Positions 11,915 through 26,600 of a stretch of DNA of 64,000 nucleotides are shown in pieces (position 1 is the first letter of the stretch; each line of letters begins with the position of its first letter). A program made the position numbers and the translations under genes. This DNA is from Nageia nagi. Its lineage: Eukaryota; Plantae; Pinophyta. The notes under the pieces are model-generated. The model was not told the DNA's origin. It saw nothing but the letters and a program-made list of their open reading frames with translations, and did no database searches. Where the stretch lies: contig JBITNC010000001.1 of NCBI GenBank assembly GCA_050084985.1, positions 158,906,001 to 158,970,000 on the forward strand, in the 5' to 3' direction.

Positions 11915-14900
11915 ACAATATCAATATCAATAATATGCCCAAAATGGAGAGTTACATCTCCTTATATAGACTCCAACCCTAATCTTACATTGATCCCTCT
12001 AAGCTAATCTAAGTCATTGATTGGTTTTATTACAAATAAAAGTACTTAAAATAACATTAGAATAACATAAAAGCTTATTATAATCCAACATTTCACTTTT
12101 AAGTAGAAATCCACTAAGTTAAGTGGATTTTCATGTGTGGACACAAAACAGAAAACTAGTCCCACTGGTGAACTTCAAGTAGCCATAACTTTATTGTTTC
12201 TTTTCCAAAAGGGGTCATGTTACCACTTAAAACAAATGCCATGAGATGCTCTATCCAATTTTGAAGGTGTAATGGCCATATCTGACTTGTAGAATAAAAG
12301 ATTTGTGAAAAATTCCAAATACAAGATATTCTCAAAAATATGATCATTACAAGTCCACCCTTCTCAAATTGCTTGTCCTCAAGCAATCCCAACACCAACT
12401 CTACCTTGCTTAGCTGAAATAAATTTAAATCATCTATGATACCAGGATCCCAAACAATTTTACCAAAATTGTCCCAAATCTATCTCAAGCTTCCATATAC
12501 CTCAAAACTGAGTGAAGGTAAGTATGATTTAACATAGGCCAACCAAAATTAAATATGAAATAGGTCTAATTTCTTCAATACTATAGTGAATGAAGACTCT
12601 TCAAACCTCCCAAAAATATCTAAAATCATTCCTTCGTTATTTCTCATAGTTGTACTATGCATAAAAATGATAAAATTAGCAATAGTAGGAAATATGTCAA
12701 TGAAATAAGAACTAGATAATGGAATTATAGCAGTCATGTTGTTACCATCTTCAAAGTCACATATAAGTCCAATAACTCATGTATCAAGAAATGGAGGATA
12801 TTGAAGACTTCATTCAAAGCAATTTTGTTTACCAAAAATAACCCACATACCTCCTTACATGTCCTTTCATATTGCTATTTTAGAATTGAAGTGAGTGTGC
12901 ATATCAAAATCTAAGACTTGTTCTTTAAAATTATGTTTATGCCTAAAAAAATATAACCCAAGCTTCCAAAGGATGAAACTGCATCTCTCAAACTAGCCAA
13001 AATTGAAATAGTAACCTTCAAACCCAAACCAAAGCAATGATGTTCATGAAGGCAAGTCATACCTCTAGTCCATATTGCTTCTTCATCACCAAGTCCATCA
13101 TGAATACATAACAAGTCTGATTTTCTTATAAAAATAGTAAAAACATGGTGTTTGTACTCCCAAAATGTAGGCAAACTATGTGATTCTACATCCTTCATAG
13201 TTGCATTATGTACTAGCATCAATAAATCATCAATAATGATGGTTGGTCTCTTAGAAAAATGGTTGGAATAAGAGTGTAACAAGTTTGGTTTGCTCTTTCC
13301 AATAGCCATAAATATCTTACACTCATCTAACCTCATGCTTTCATTATTTCCCATCATTGGACATGCATGAATGAAAGATAACTAGCAAATATCTTAAGAA
13401 AATAGTGAATGAAAATGAAATGTATAGTAGTAATATCATAGCCAATTACACAATTTATTACCTCCCATATGACTTCCAAACCATGCCAAATATTAATGAC
13501 TTCATCATAAATGCTTTCCTTGGCCAAAAAACATGTTGCATACCTTTTCCAATACTTCTTCATACTACCATAGTAACTTTGAACTGAATGTGCACATCAT
13601 GGATGAAGACTTACTCACACTTTCATGCTCAAACCCACAACAACCATAACTATGTGCCCCCATAACTAAAAATACACTTTCAAATTCAACCAATGCAAAA
13701 AGTATATAACTTAAATTCATGGCAAAATGAAAATAAATTACCTTCCAAATATGTTGGCATCACCACAAGACACAATTTTTAAAACTCATCAAGTTTTCTA
13801 TCAATAAGCTCATCCTCATCATGGCCCAAAAGAAATAGTACACTACTATCATAAAAATCAGAATTCAACTTGTACCTTTGTGGAATGTTTCCGTCAGTGC
13901 CCCTATTTGAATTTATCTTTCTTTTCTCCCTATAACTGATCATAGTACCTTTACACATGAAATTTTCTATTTTTACCTTGCCCAAGTTGAACAAAAGAAC
14001 ACATGCAATTCTACAACTCATGTATATCAGTCTCAACCCTTATTGCATCAACAATCATGCAATGTACAACCATATTTGTATAAATTGTAGCCATGCTAAT
14101 TGTCATCAAAATAGTACAAAGCTTTTTGCAATGTAGAATAACAAGTATGAAGAAAGATGCACCAACACTTTTCCATTGCAAATAATTGTTTTGAAAATAT
14201 TTATGTATGTAATTCATCTTTATGCATACCCAATTAAACTCACCAATCAAATCAATTTTAGAAGTGTCTTTCAACTCCATCAATCTGAAAATGAAGCGAG
14301 CATTTTCCCATCTGTAATTATGACACATTCTCAAAATGAAATTAGAAATCATCAAGACAAAATCATGAATAAATTCATGCCAAGATTCAACAATAAGTGT
14401 AACCCATCTATCCCATTTGCATTTTCAACCATACTCCAAATGTACACAAGTGTCCCAATCAAGTGTGGAATTAGTCCTTTTACTATTCCAAACCTCCATC
14501 AAATTTGCAACTGTAATCCACTCAATTTTTCCAATCATGGTGCTTCTTTGTTGGCTATTCCAACTATCTAAAAGGATGAAAATATCATGTGAACATGTAT
14601 GATGAAAAATGAACCAATTATCCTCATTTTCTTTTGCAATTTTTTTAATTTTTAAATTAGATTTATTGGCTGCAAAAAAGTGAGAATTCTGAACCATTCT
14701 ATCCACATATAAGACTTCAAAAGTCCACTCCAAATATCAAAATTGAATCAACAATTTATAAATCTATGAAAGCCATAAAAAGAAGTGAAAATATACCATA
14801 TATATCCATGAAAAAGTATCTCCTTCTACAATGTTCCATGTGACAAGTGTTCTACACCACCTACCATGTATCCACATGAGAAAAATAAACATTTTATTTG

Positions 14901-17455
14901 AAGGAACCATGGTTGTAGTAATTTTACCTTTACATAGTGAAATTTGTAAAATGTTAAGGGATTTTCCTCATCCCATGAGATGAGTATGAGACATGTACCA
15001 TAGTTGAATATGGTTTTGCTTCTCTCCTTCAAAATAACTCTTACCATATATGAAAAGAATTCCTAGATCCCATGCATTTAAAGGTTGATCACAATTCTTG
15101 AGTGTGATTGATCTTTCCCTCATAAAACTCTTCATACAAGGAAAGTTAAGGCCATTATGATCACAATTATCTAAGGGTTTAATTTAGAGTTCTAGCCCAT
15201 ATCTCTCCAAACTTTCACAAATTGAAAATTCTTCAACACCCTTTTGTATCTTTCCCATAAAGTATGCAAAAACCAAATCTAAAACATTCTCTTACTCTTT
15301 TCCCAAATCATGAGCATCATATTTCTCATTGAATTCATTCTTAACATGTGTAGGTATAAATGTACAAAAGGAAGCATTTTGGTTCTCTTTCAAACAAACC
15401 TTAAGTGGGAGAGTAGCATCTCTATCACCAATCTCTTAAGTAAAGTCAATCATGCTAGATGAACCATGCTCCATTGCTGAAATGTCTTCACTACCTACAT
15501 TTTTTTCAAAATTTTCTATTTGGCCCTTTTTCTCTTTTTCAATGGTAGGAAAAACTTCAAAATTTTCTACATAATTCTCCTCAAGCTCTTCCTTTTGATG
15601 GAAAATTTAAGCTTTCTCTACTTTTCCCAAAGTTGATAAACCATCTTGATCATTAAAGGTGGGAATGATCATTTTCTATTGTAATTATCTTTTCTCCCTC
15701 TTAGGTTCACTGGTTCCATTTTGTTGCATACTTGCCCTTTTTAATGTCACTATCTTTTGCATCAAAGCAAGCATCTAATTTCTTTTCATTCTCTTTTCTC
15801 CTGAATAGTTCCATGATCCACTCTTAGCAAATATCAACCTTCAAAACCTTATTTGTGCAATTCCTAAACAATAGGTCAAAAATCATTGTAAATGCTAGAT
15901 TTCATATCAACAAAAGTTGCAACATTTTTTTTGAAGGTAGCAATAAGAAGTAGAGCTTAATGGGTGCTCAAATTTACCCGACAAATACCTCCAACTAATT
16001 GAATCTTCAAATACATCACCTTCCTATTTTTCCTCTAAAAAACCCTTCTAGAAGATCAAAATGGTATGCAAAGCACTCATAAATACTCCTAAGGGTCAAG
16101 TACTTGACTTAGCATATTGAATTTGATGCTAAGAGTCCAAAATCCACCCTAAATTACCCCCTCAATTTCCTGATATGGACAAATTTGAGGTTTCTTTTTC
16201 TACAACTAATCAAATCACAAAAAAAAAAACCTAAATCTAAAATTTTTGAAATCTTACCCAAAAAAATTTCTAAAACCATACATCTACAATTTGGCCAAAA
16301 GGGTATTCAAATCTATAATTTTTATTTTCTAAAAAAATCCCTAAATTTTGTAATTTCCACTAGGGCATAAATTTTCACCATAGAAAAACACTACTCACAA
16401 AATTTCTAAAAGCCATAATTTTTCTAAACACCTTAATTCAAAAAAACTCAAAAATTGAGATACCCACAACTACCACAACTCAGAAAAATAGACACTGACC
16501 ACAAGCTGGCAAGATTCTAGCTCTAATACCAATTTGCAATGTTCCTTTTTTAATGCAAAAACCCTAATTCAAAATTGCAAAAACAAATTACAAAAATAAT
16601 AAAATACTAAAATAATATGAAAAATAACACCAAATATGAAGAGAGACTAGCCAAATGTATTTAATTAGATATGCCAAACTAATACAAATCAGCAATGGGT
16701 CTCTTGGGATGGAACAAATGCAAAACTCCTCAGAAATTTCTAAAAAGTGATCTCAAAAGATGGGAAACTACCTTGAGGAGGATGACTTCTTAGATCTAAA
16801 CTGAAATAACACATCAAACTAAAAGTTGAAACTACCACAAATGCCATGAACTCCTCTTGGTTACCTCTTTTTGTATTTTTTGAATATTGGGGATCTAGAG
16901 GAGCATCACCCTAGAACAATAAAACAACAAGGGCCATCACTTGTTAGTTGTAGAGCTTCCATCCATGCTAGGTATCATCACTTATGCACTATGGAGATGA
17001 GAATAACAAGTACTCATTACAATATCAATATCAATAATATGCCCATAATGGAGAGTTGCATCTCCTTATATAGACTCCAACCCTAATCTTGCATTGAACC
17101 CTCTAAGCTAATCTAAGCCATTGATTGGCTTTATTACAAATAAAAGTACTTAAAATAACATTAGAATAACATAAAAGCTTATTATAATCCAACGTTGCAC
17201 TTTTAAGTAGAAATCCACTAAGTTAAGTGGATTTACATGTGTGGACACGATATGGAAAATTGGTCCCACTAGTGAACTTCAAGTAACCATAACTCATTCA
17301 TTTCTTTTCAAAAAGGGGTCATGCGACCACTTAAAACAAATACCACAAGATGGTCTATCCAATTATGAAGGATCAATGGCCATATCTTACTTGTGGAAGA
17401 AGAGATTTATGGAAATTTTCAATTAAAATATATTCTCAAAAATACGATCATTATA
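11915..17455 (-). mobile_element. Non-autonomous LTR element D (5' LTR 16535-17455; truncated 3' LTR 11915-12351), nested in C
   Basis: 11915-12351 matches 17019-17455. tRNA-Met PBS TGGTATTAGAGC (16520-16531). PPT GAGAAGGGTGGACT (12352-12365). The 4.2-kb interior has no recognisable RT or integrase core. Confidence 0.85.
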
Positions 17456-18349
17456 GAAGGATAGTTGATAGCAATAGGAAATGTGGTACATTCTTCACAA
17501 ACTTTGGACTAATCCATCACAAAATATGATTGATGGAACATGTATGATCCCTAAGTCATGTTTAACATTGATTAATACTATTAATTCAAAATTAAACACA
17601 CACCTTATGATGATAGTAGTGGTTATAAAAAAATGGGACCATCATATGAGTTTACTATGGAAGTACTGGATAAGATAGCAAAATAGGCCAGTTGGTATTC
17701 ATCATTGGATTTGGAAAGCATGTTTTCTAGAACTTTCTAGGTTCTTTCTTTAGTGAGGACTAGATGATGTGTCTCTATTTTATTGATTCTGTACATAACA
17801 AAACTTTGTGCTTTCTTATAATCATAATTTTTTTACCACTAATGTGTTGGAATTCGTGTAATATGATAGCTAGCAATAGTATCCCAAATAGGTCTTGATC
17901 TATGAATAAGATTTCTAGAGCCTCTTTGAAACACAACTCTATAACTTGTTTCATTCCATGTTCAAGATATCTTCCAAGAGTAAATTCTGGATCTTATACT
18001 ATAGAGATTTTCTTAGCAATTATTCTACTGCTACATGTGAATACAAACTAGAATATTGATTCTAATGCTTTAAATTTGTTTTTACTATGGTAGAATATGA
18101 CTATTAAGAATAAGATTTTTCACCTGGATAAGTGCCAATGACCTAGTTTTCACTTAAATGATTGCTCCTATGACTGGTTTTCACCCATAATCTATGTTGA
18201 TTTTGTTTCCAAAATCAGTCTTTATTCATGTTGCTAAAAGAATGATGATCAATTATGCTAAACTGAGGAAGATAAATCTCCCTCAATCAAACATAAGTCT
18301 AACTATTTCAGATGTTTTGTGAACTCTTCTTTGGCTAATGCAAGAATAT

Positions 18350-21300
18350 AAGGTCAAATCCTATGCCTATTTACTAGCATTACTCTTCTAGAGTCATCAA
18401 TTGGTTCAAGTTGAACAATACCATTATCTAAGATTTGAAGAATCTTATAGGGTCCTAGTGATCAAGTTTGTAGCTTTCCCATGAAGTCTTGACAATTAGA
18501 ATCAAATAGCAGAACTAATCCTCCAACTGTGAATTGAATTTTCTTTAGTTGCTTATCATGCCATTCCTTTCTTTGTTGTTGAAGTATTTCTCTAAGTTGT
18601 AGTTCATCTCTTCTATATTCATCCAATTCATTTAACTATAATATTCTATTTTTTTGAGCTTTTATCATATCCAATCCTACCTCCATGACTATTTTCCAAG
18701 TCTAAATTTCAAATTCTATAGGGAGCAAGGGTTTCTTACCATATACCAACTCATAAGGAGTTAATCATGTAGTTGATTTCCAAGTAATATTGTATGCTCA
18801 AATCACTTCTTGAAGTCTATCAAGCTAGTCCCTTCTATGGGATGTTACAATTTTTGTCAAAATATTTTTTAGCTCCCTATTTGTGACTTTAACTTGCCCA
18901 TTAGTCTGAGAATGATAAGGGAAGGCTTTCCTATGCTTAATTTGATAATAATCAACAAAATGTTTGATCATTTTGGAAATGAATTATGGACCTTGATCTG
19001 ATACTAAAAATCTAGGAGCTCCAAATCTTTGGATGATATTGTTACAGAGGAAGTCAGCTACTTTCTCCTCCTTGGCTTATGTAAGAGCTACAACTTCTAC
19101 CCATTTGGTGACATAATCAATGCAACCCAAAATATGTAACTTACCTCTGGATGCAAGATTAATGGATCCAATAAATTCCATTCCCCATTATTCAAATAGT
19201 TCTACCAATACTTGAGGATGTAATGGCATTTGTGTGGTACTTGTAGTTTTTTCCATTCTCTGGAATTGATCACATTGTTTTATATAATTTTTGATATCTT
19301 TATGCAAAGTTGGCCAATAATATCCTACATCCAAAGTTTTAAGAGTTGTTCTCTTATTTGAGTAATTTCCTCCAACTGGTTCATCATGACAAGTTCTTAA
19401 AACATCAAAAACTTCATCTTTTCTTAAATATATTTTGAGAACATTGTCCACTCCACACTTATACATAGTACCATTTATCCATGTATAAGTGGAATTTTCT
19501 CTTATCAATTACTTCTTCTATCTTGGAGAAAAATGAGGGGGTAATTTTTCAATTACCAAATAATTATCTATATCTACAAACAAGGGTGAGTGCATAGAAA
19601 TAGTAAATAATTGCTCATTAGGAAAATAATCTTGAATTGGTTCATCATCTTTCTCAATCACCAATCTTGATAAGAAGTCTACTACTACATTAGCTTTACT
19701 AGGTTTGTCCACAATGGTTACATTAAATTTTTGAAGCAATAATAACCATCTAATAAGTCTTCCAATCAAATACCTAATGGTTGCATGATCTATGTGGAAA
19801 AATACTTGATATCCTATGATATAATGCCTAAATTTGTTAATTGCATATACTATAGCTAATAAATCTTTCTCTATGGTAGTATAATTCCTTTCAACTCCAA
19901 CTAAATTCTTAGTAATGTAGTAAATAGCATAGTGTGACTTGCCCTTGTCCTCTTGTCCCAATACTGCTCCAATTGCATAATCAAATGCATCAAAATGGAT
20001 ATTAAATGGTAAATTCTAGTCAAGTCCTCTCAAAATTAGAGTAGTCATTAACTTTTGTTTGATTAATTGAAATGATGTTTCATAATCTTCTATCCATTCA
20101 AATTTAGTATCTTTATGAAGTAATACAAATAGAGGAGCTACAATTTTACTAAAATTTTAAATGAACCTTCTGTAATAACTAGTATTTCCTAGAAAGCTTC
20201 TCTGATTTTCTGGAGTTTGTAGTTGTCTAATTACTTCAACCTTTTTTGGATCAATTTTATAACCTTGATCTGAAACATGGTGTCCCAACACAATTCCTTA
20301 TTGCATCATCATAAAACATTTTTCATAACTAAGGGACAAGTTATGATCCTTACATCTTTTTAAAATCCTATCCAAATTATTCAATGCTTGTCAAAGGTAT
20401 CACCATAAACTATGAAATCATCCATATATACCTCCACACAATCATATGTCAAGTCAACAAAAATTGCCATCATTGCTCTTTAAAATTTTATTGGTGCATT
20501 ACAAATTTTAAAAGGAAGAACTTTATAAGCATAGGTTCCCCATGCACAAGTAAAAGTAGTATTTTATTATCTTCTTCTACAATTTGAATCTGGTTACATC
20601 CACTAAAACCATCCAAGAAGAAAAAGTACTTCTTGCCAACAAGTGTATCTAGGACCTAATCAATAAATGGTGATGAAAAATTATATTTATATGTAGCCTT
20701 GTTTAATTCTCTATAGTCTACACATACTCTCCACTTTCTATTCTTTTTAGGCACTATAACCAAAGGTGAGACCCACTTACTATCTAAAATAGGAAAGATG
20801 AAATTTAACCTCAATAACTTTTCAATTTCATCTTTCACCATGTCTCTTAAGGTTGGATTAATTCTTCTGGGATGTGGTTGAATAGGTTTTGACTCATCAG
20901 TATAAATATGATGCTGATAGATTCTAAGATCTATCCCTTTCATATCATTGACTTTTAGTATTTCAAACAACCTTCTTTTTTTATCATTTGTAAACCAACT
21001 ATTGATATTCAATGTTTTTTTTAGCAATAATTCAATCATCTTGACTCCTTCTTTGGTCAAATTATTCCATTTTGGGACTTGGAGTAAATAATTTAATGGA
21101 TAAGAGTGAGGAAAAAGAGAGTGATATACCTTTTTCCTTTCTCTAAACATCTCACTCTTAGGAACAATGTGGGTGAGGGGACACTTGAATAATGATAAGA
21201 AATTGGACTAAAATCTTGGTGATACATTAAAAATCATTTCTTGCAAATGTGGTCTTGATGACTCCCCAACTTGAATTTCCAATATTTCTTTACTTCCAGG

Positions 21301-23616
21301 TGATGAGGGCATTTCTCCTAATTTTTCAGTGTGTTCTTTAATAGTGATGGTAGACAACATTGCAAAACATTTAGGTTCATCTAATTCTAACTCATCTACC
21401 CATAACTAAACCTAATATTCAATTTTGAGCTATGCAAGAGGATATAAAGAAATTACCTTTGAATTTTAACCATCTAAAATAGTCATATCATCATATCTAT
21501 AATTAATAAAAGCAGCTACAATAGCCAACCAAGGTCTTCCCAAGATGATTAGATACCTAGTTTGAGCTCTTAATTTAATATCAAGAAATTAGGGAAATAA
21601 TTCCATGATTCTATAGTAATTTGGACATCTTCAAAAATACCTTTAGGCTTAGCAACTGATTGATCTAACATTTGTAAAATAGTGGTTGTAGTATGCATCC
21701 CAAATAATGCAAGTTGTTTTGACATTTTTGCTGTTATTACATTAATAGCTGCTCCTAGATCAACTAACACATTTGGAATCTTAATGTTACCAATTAAAAT
21801 AGTAATGATCAGGCTACTTGGATCACCATACTTAGAATTAATTATCTTTCCTAAAAGTAAATCCACCAATTTCCCATCTACTTGAATAGTTTTTGGGTAG
21901 AACTTTCTTCTTTCTCCTCCTCTTCGGATATAAAGCTCTTTCACCATCTTATTTAGTTCAAGAACCTCCTTGATTACTTGAAAAATAGGTACTGATATAT
22001 TCAATTTCTTCAATTCTTTTAATAATTTTGATTCCATGTTCAAAGGTTGTATCTCCAGTCTATAAGGATAAGGTATTACTTCTTTCTTTTCTTCATCCTT
22101 TTTCTTTGCATACTTTTGCACCCTAGTTTCATTCTAATCAGATGTTTCTAATTTTCTTATTTCCTCATTATCTTTAACCTATGTTATTATCAGTTTACTA
22201 GGTTCTAACAACTTATTTCTAGACCTTAATTGTATATCATTATATTCAATAGCATTAAGTGTTACAACATAGTCGTGATCATCTTGATAGGCAATTGTAA
22301 TAATTTGCCTATTATTATTAGGATTTGGAATAGGTTGAATAGGTAAAGCTATTTGCTTAGATATTTGTTGATTCTGAGATGGTATTTGTTGATTTCCTTG
22401 AAATCTCCTTTATTGTTTTTGATTCTAAATATTCTAATTATTTTGATTCCAATTAGATTGATTTTGATTTTGGTTCCAATTATTTTGTTATTGATAACCC
22501 AACTAATGAGGTGGTATTCCCTAAGGATTCTAAAACCAATCCTAATTTGGTGGCATCCATGGTCCAAATGGACCCATTGGTTGTGGGTATGGCATATTCC
22601 ATGAAGGTGACATAAATCTATTTTGACTTTGGAGTGTAGGATGCATCCTTTGTCCAATGTAATTTGCTTATGCTACCATATTTGCAACTGACATTTAAGC
22701 CACACTCAAACATTCACATTCATCAGTAACATGTTTTCCATTACATAAACTACAAATTTCAATCTTATTCAAAGGAAATTCATGTAATGCATGTTTCTTT
22801 CTACATCTTGAATAGTATATGGCTAATGGTTCCTCTATGTATTTTACTTTAACTACTTTAGTTGTTTCCCCTTTTAATTGATTGAACTCAACTAAAATAT
22901 CTATCTTGAAGTTTGCAATTTTCTTTAATTAATGTATTAACAACTCCTAATTAAGTTTGAGCTTTAGTTTTCCTTGAAGATGTCCTTATTCTAGAGTAGT
23001 TCCTGCATAACTCAACTATGTCATCCAAAGGAAGAGTGTTGACATTACCTTTTCCATTCAAATTGAGAACATCTAATGATGAATCTGTTATACCCCTTTG
23101 GAAAATGGTTTTTACCAAATTTGGATCAATTATTATTCCATATTTATTCCAAATAAAGAGAAATCTATCCAAATAATCTTCTAAACTTTCTTCATATTCT
23201 TGCTTAATGCAAAACAACTCATCTTTTATATCCTTTACTCTGTAGTGTTCTTGATATTTATCTAGAAACACTTTTTCCATGTCAACCCATGTGGTGATGG
23301 AATCTAGAGCTAATCCCATGAACCATCTTAATTCATTATCTTTCAAGGTGGATGGAAAGAGTTTCAATTTCTAATTATCATTTCCATAGTCATATGTTTT
23401 GCAAATTAACTTAAATTCAAATAAGAACTGATTAGAACCTTTAATAGACAATCCTCTGAAATTGGGTAATATTGCAAGTGAGATGTTCTTCATTGGTGCA
23501 CTAGTTATAGGATTAATCACTATAGGAGAAGTGAAGGTCCTATTTGGAGGATTACCACCACTACCTAGTACTCCTAATCCACTAGACATATTGAAAAGTG
23601 GATTTGATAATATCAA
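18350..23616 (-). pseudogene. Decayed gag-pol of element C (gag, protease, RT, RNase H, integrase)
   Basis: gag KLFPSTLKDNELRWF..ITTWVDMEKVFLDKY; protease VLVDLGAAINVI; RT WVSPLVIVPKKNRKWRVCVDYRELNKAT and VEVYMDDF (~20415-20436); RNase H RNYTTIEKDLLAIVYAINKFRHY; integrase CHDEPVGG..GYYWPTLHKD, SDQGP, YHSQTNGQV, GPYKI. Many in-frame stops. Confidence 0.95.
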
Positions 23617-26600
23617 TATTCTTTTTTAGGAAGGATTAGTTTGATTGTGACCTTCAGAACTATTCAAGGAACTTGATGAAGATATACTAGAAATTCTTAT
23701 TTATTGTGATGATAGAGAACCAATAGGACTACTTATTTGGGAATTATCTGAAGGATTCTCTTCTAGACTATTTTCAACAACTTCTTCATTTTCAAAATTA
23801 TATCTACTATCTCACTAATGACACTTTGTGAATGTTGTTTAGGTTCTAATACTGGATTTTTAGCAACCAAACCACTCAATTCTATTTCTTCAACTTCTAT
23901 AGTGCTATGTCTCCTTCCTATTCTAGGGATTATTTGCCTAGGGGGTTTTGTGCTAATGTTCTATCTCTACCTCTACAACATCTAATATCACTTCCCCTAG
24001 TACTAGTAAATCTTCCTCTTTCATCTCTAGGTCACCACATCTATTTTAATTGAAATCAAACACACTTACACAATTCTAAAATAATTTGTTCATAAAGCTC
24101 TAAGGAAATTTAATACTCTAGATCACTCAGGTAGAAGAAATGTTAAGAATGTAGAGCTATGCTGCACCATTGACTATGAAAGCTAAGAATACTAGGTTTC
24201 GGTTTAGTGCTATTCTATCCCCAATATTTAGTTGAATCAAGAATGCAAATCAATGGGATCACCTAATAAGTCATGCTCTTCTCAAAACTTCTTCCTAATG
24301 CTTAAATAAAACATGATGATACATAATTTCTAAATTATTCTGGCCAAAAATGTAGCTTGGAATTCATTGAGAATAGATTCAATCAATACCATAGTTCCTT
24401 AGCAATGGTACCAAAATGTTTAGCAAAATATAGGTCATCCATTTTTCCCCTATATTGGGTCTATCACTAACCCACCTCTAGTGATCCATACCCCTATTGT
24501 AGTGAAATAATAGTTAGTTTAAGAGCTACTACTCTAACATAATAACCCTCTCACTAGATTTGGTGATCATTATTTTAATATCCCATTAGTTTTTTATCAA
24601 TCTAGGGTAGGTGTCTTCAGCTATATGCAATTGAACCTATGTTTTATCACTTGTTTTTAAATAGACTTGAATGAAAGAATACAAAAATTAAACAAGATTG
24701 AAAACAAACTGTAATCAAATAATATGAAAATTTTCTAGTAAATAATCTACACTTATTATAACTAAGAGACATCTTATAGTCAGAGTGGGCCCTTCCTCCT
24801 TCCAACAAAGCTTTGATAAATCAGCTTATTACTAGAAACTCAAGTTGATGCTTGTATTATTGAAAGTGATTAAAAACTATTTATAAACTATATTTGGAAT
24901 GACTAACTCGTATCTCTCAATAAGAGAAATACTTATACTAAAACTCTCTTAACAACTTGTTGGATTTCCTCACAACAGTTACATAGTTACTAAAACAATC
25001 TTATTCTATGCCCTAGTCTACATGTTGGAAATCTAGAATAATAAGTATAAGAGCTTAGTCAAACTGCTAGCAATTTGAGATGATAATGGTGAGAAGACCT
25101 TTTCTTCAGGATCAATGCTTATCTCTTTTATTATCTTATTAGTTATCCATGAATTGATTATTCTATCATTAGATCTTGGATTTATCTTTTAGTATGACTG
25201 TGAATGTGGTTGCATTTTTGGAAGTGTTTCTTACTTCTAAAATCTCCAAAAATATAGAAATCTCCTATATTTTAGGAAGTTCTTAAAATTTTGGAATATC
25301 CTAAAATTTTGGGACTATCTTTGAATATTATCTCAGATGCTTTATATGAAACATTCTGGAGCTAATTTGTTATCAACATTCTGGAGCTGGTTCACAAACT
25401 CTAGAGATAGATTCTGAAGCTTCTTCAATCAAGCTAAAAAGCCATCATTTTCATAATGATTCTTCAAAACTTCATCAAGTAGGCTTTACTCATCACAAAT
25501 CATCAATTCACCACATATGGAAATATAAGTAAAGATGTATCTAACTTCAAATCAAATAGTATTATCAAGCTTCAATATAATCAAAAGGATCAAAAGTGTT
25601 CCAACCAAAACACAAAAATACAAGTCCAATATGTCAAATAAAGTCCATTCTAGGTCTTATCAATGAGTGCATACCCTTAGCTAATCACCCCATGCCTCCA
25701 CCACCCTAAATGTAATGATGCAAAGTCAATTATGTCCTCCTCCACCATGCTAGGATTTAGAATGAAGTATGTCTGCAGTTGGTGCAACCATGCCCTAGCT
25801 ATCATTTTCTTCCCATCAAACATAGCAACTTGCATTTTATTGATCTTGTGTTGTAGATCCCTCTTATCTTCTTGCTATCCTCTTAAATTTTATTGACCCT
25901 ATGTATAGCCACCCTTCAACCTTAATAGCTCTAGGTAACCATTAAAGCTAACATCTCTCCTTAGATATGGCTATATCATAGTGTATTCTCTAAAGATCTT
26001 ATTCAATTCTAATGAACTAGGTGCTTTGTACTTTAAAGCCTCCCTAGCCTTCTATGTAAACATCAACCTAGATGGTCTCAAAATTACTAGTTGCTCTTTT
26101 AGTTTTCTCACATCCTCATCTAGGTACCTCCCTAGGAGAGGATTCACATGTTGGGGCACATAATGTGAATGGGATATCTGGAATTTGGCTTTTGGCTAAT
26201 CCATAAATCCATGGTGAGTGGAATCCCTATCCCTCATGCTCCTCTTCCTCCTCAAGCTAGGCTCATGATCTATTTAGTCTTCCTTAGAAGACTCATTGTT
26301 GTGATTTCTAGTTGATCATGGGGTCACTTGACTTCCCCTAGCCTAAAATGGTATCTCATAGCTCTCCCTAGCCTAGCATGGGTCCTCTCTCTCACCCCTA
26401 GCCCTACATGTATGATGTCTACCTCCCCTGGCTGGTCATGGGTCCTCTAGGTCCTTTAGATCATAATGATGAACCCTTGATTCTTCTCTGTCATGCCATC
26501 TACATCTTCATATTACTTCAGGATCTTCAAGTTCTCCCAAAAACCTATATGGCTTTTGAGTTAGGGTGTTCACATCCCTTGACATGTTATGCATAGCTGA

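Larger units (their letters stand above)
8070..25662 (-). mobile_element. Athila-like Ty3/Gypsy element C (5' LTR 24417-25662; 3' LTR 8070-9319), nested in the gag of B
   Basis: Paired ~1.25-kb LTRs. TSD ATGAA/ATGAG (8065-8069, 25663-25667). PBS TGGTACCATTGCTAAGGA (24396-24413) is a deaminated form of the Athila-type TGGCGCCGTTGCCGGGGA. PPT GTTGGGGAGAA (9320-9330). Confidence 0.92.
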
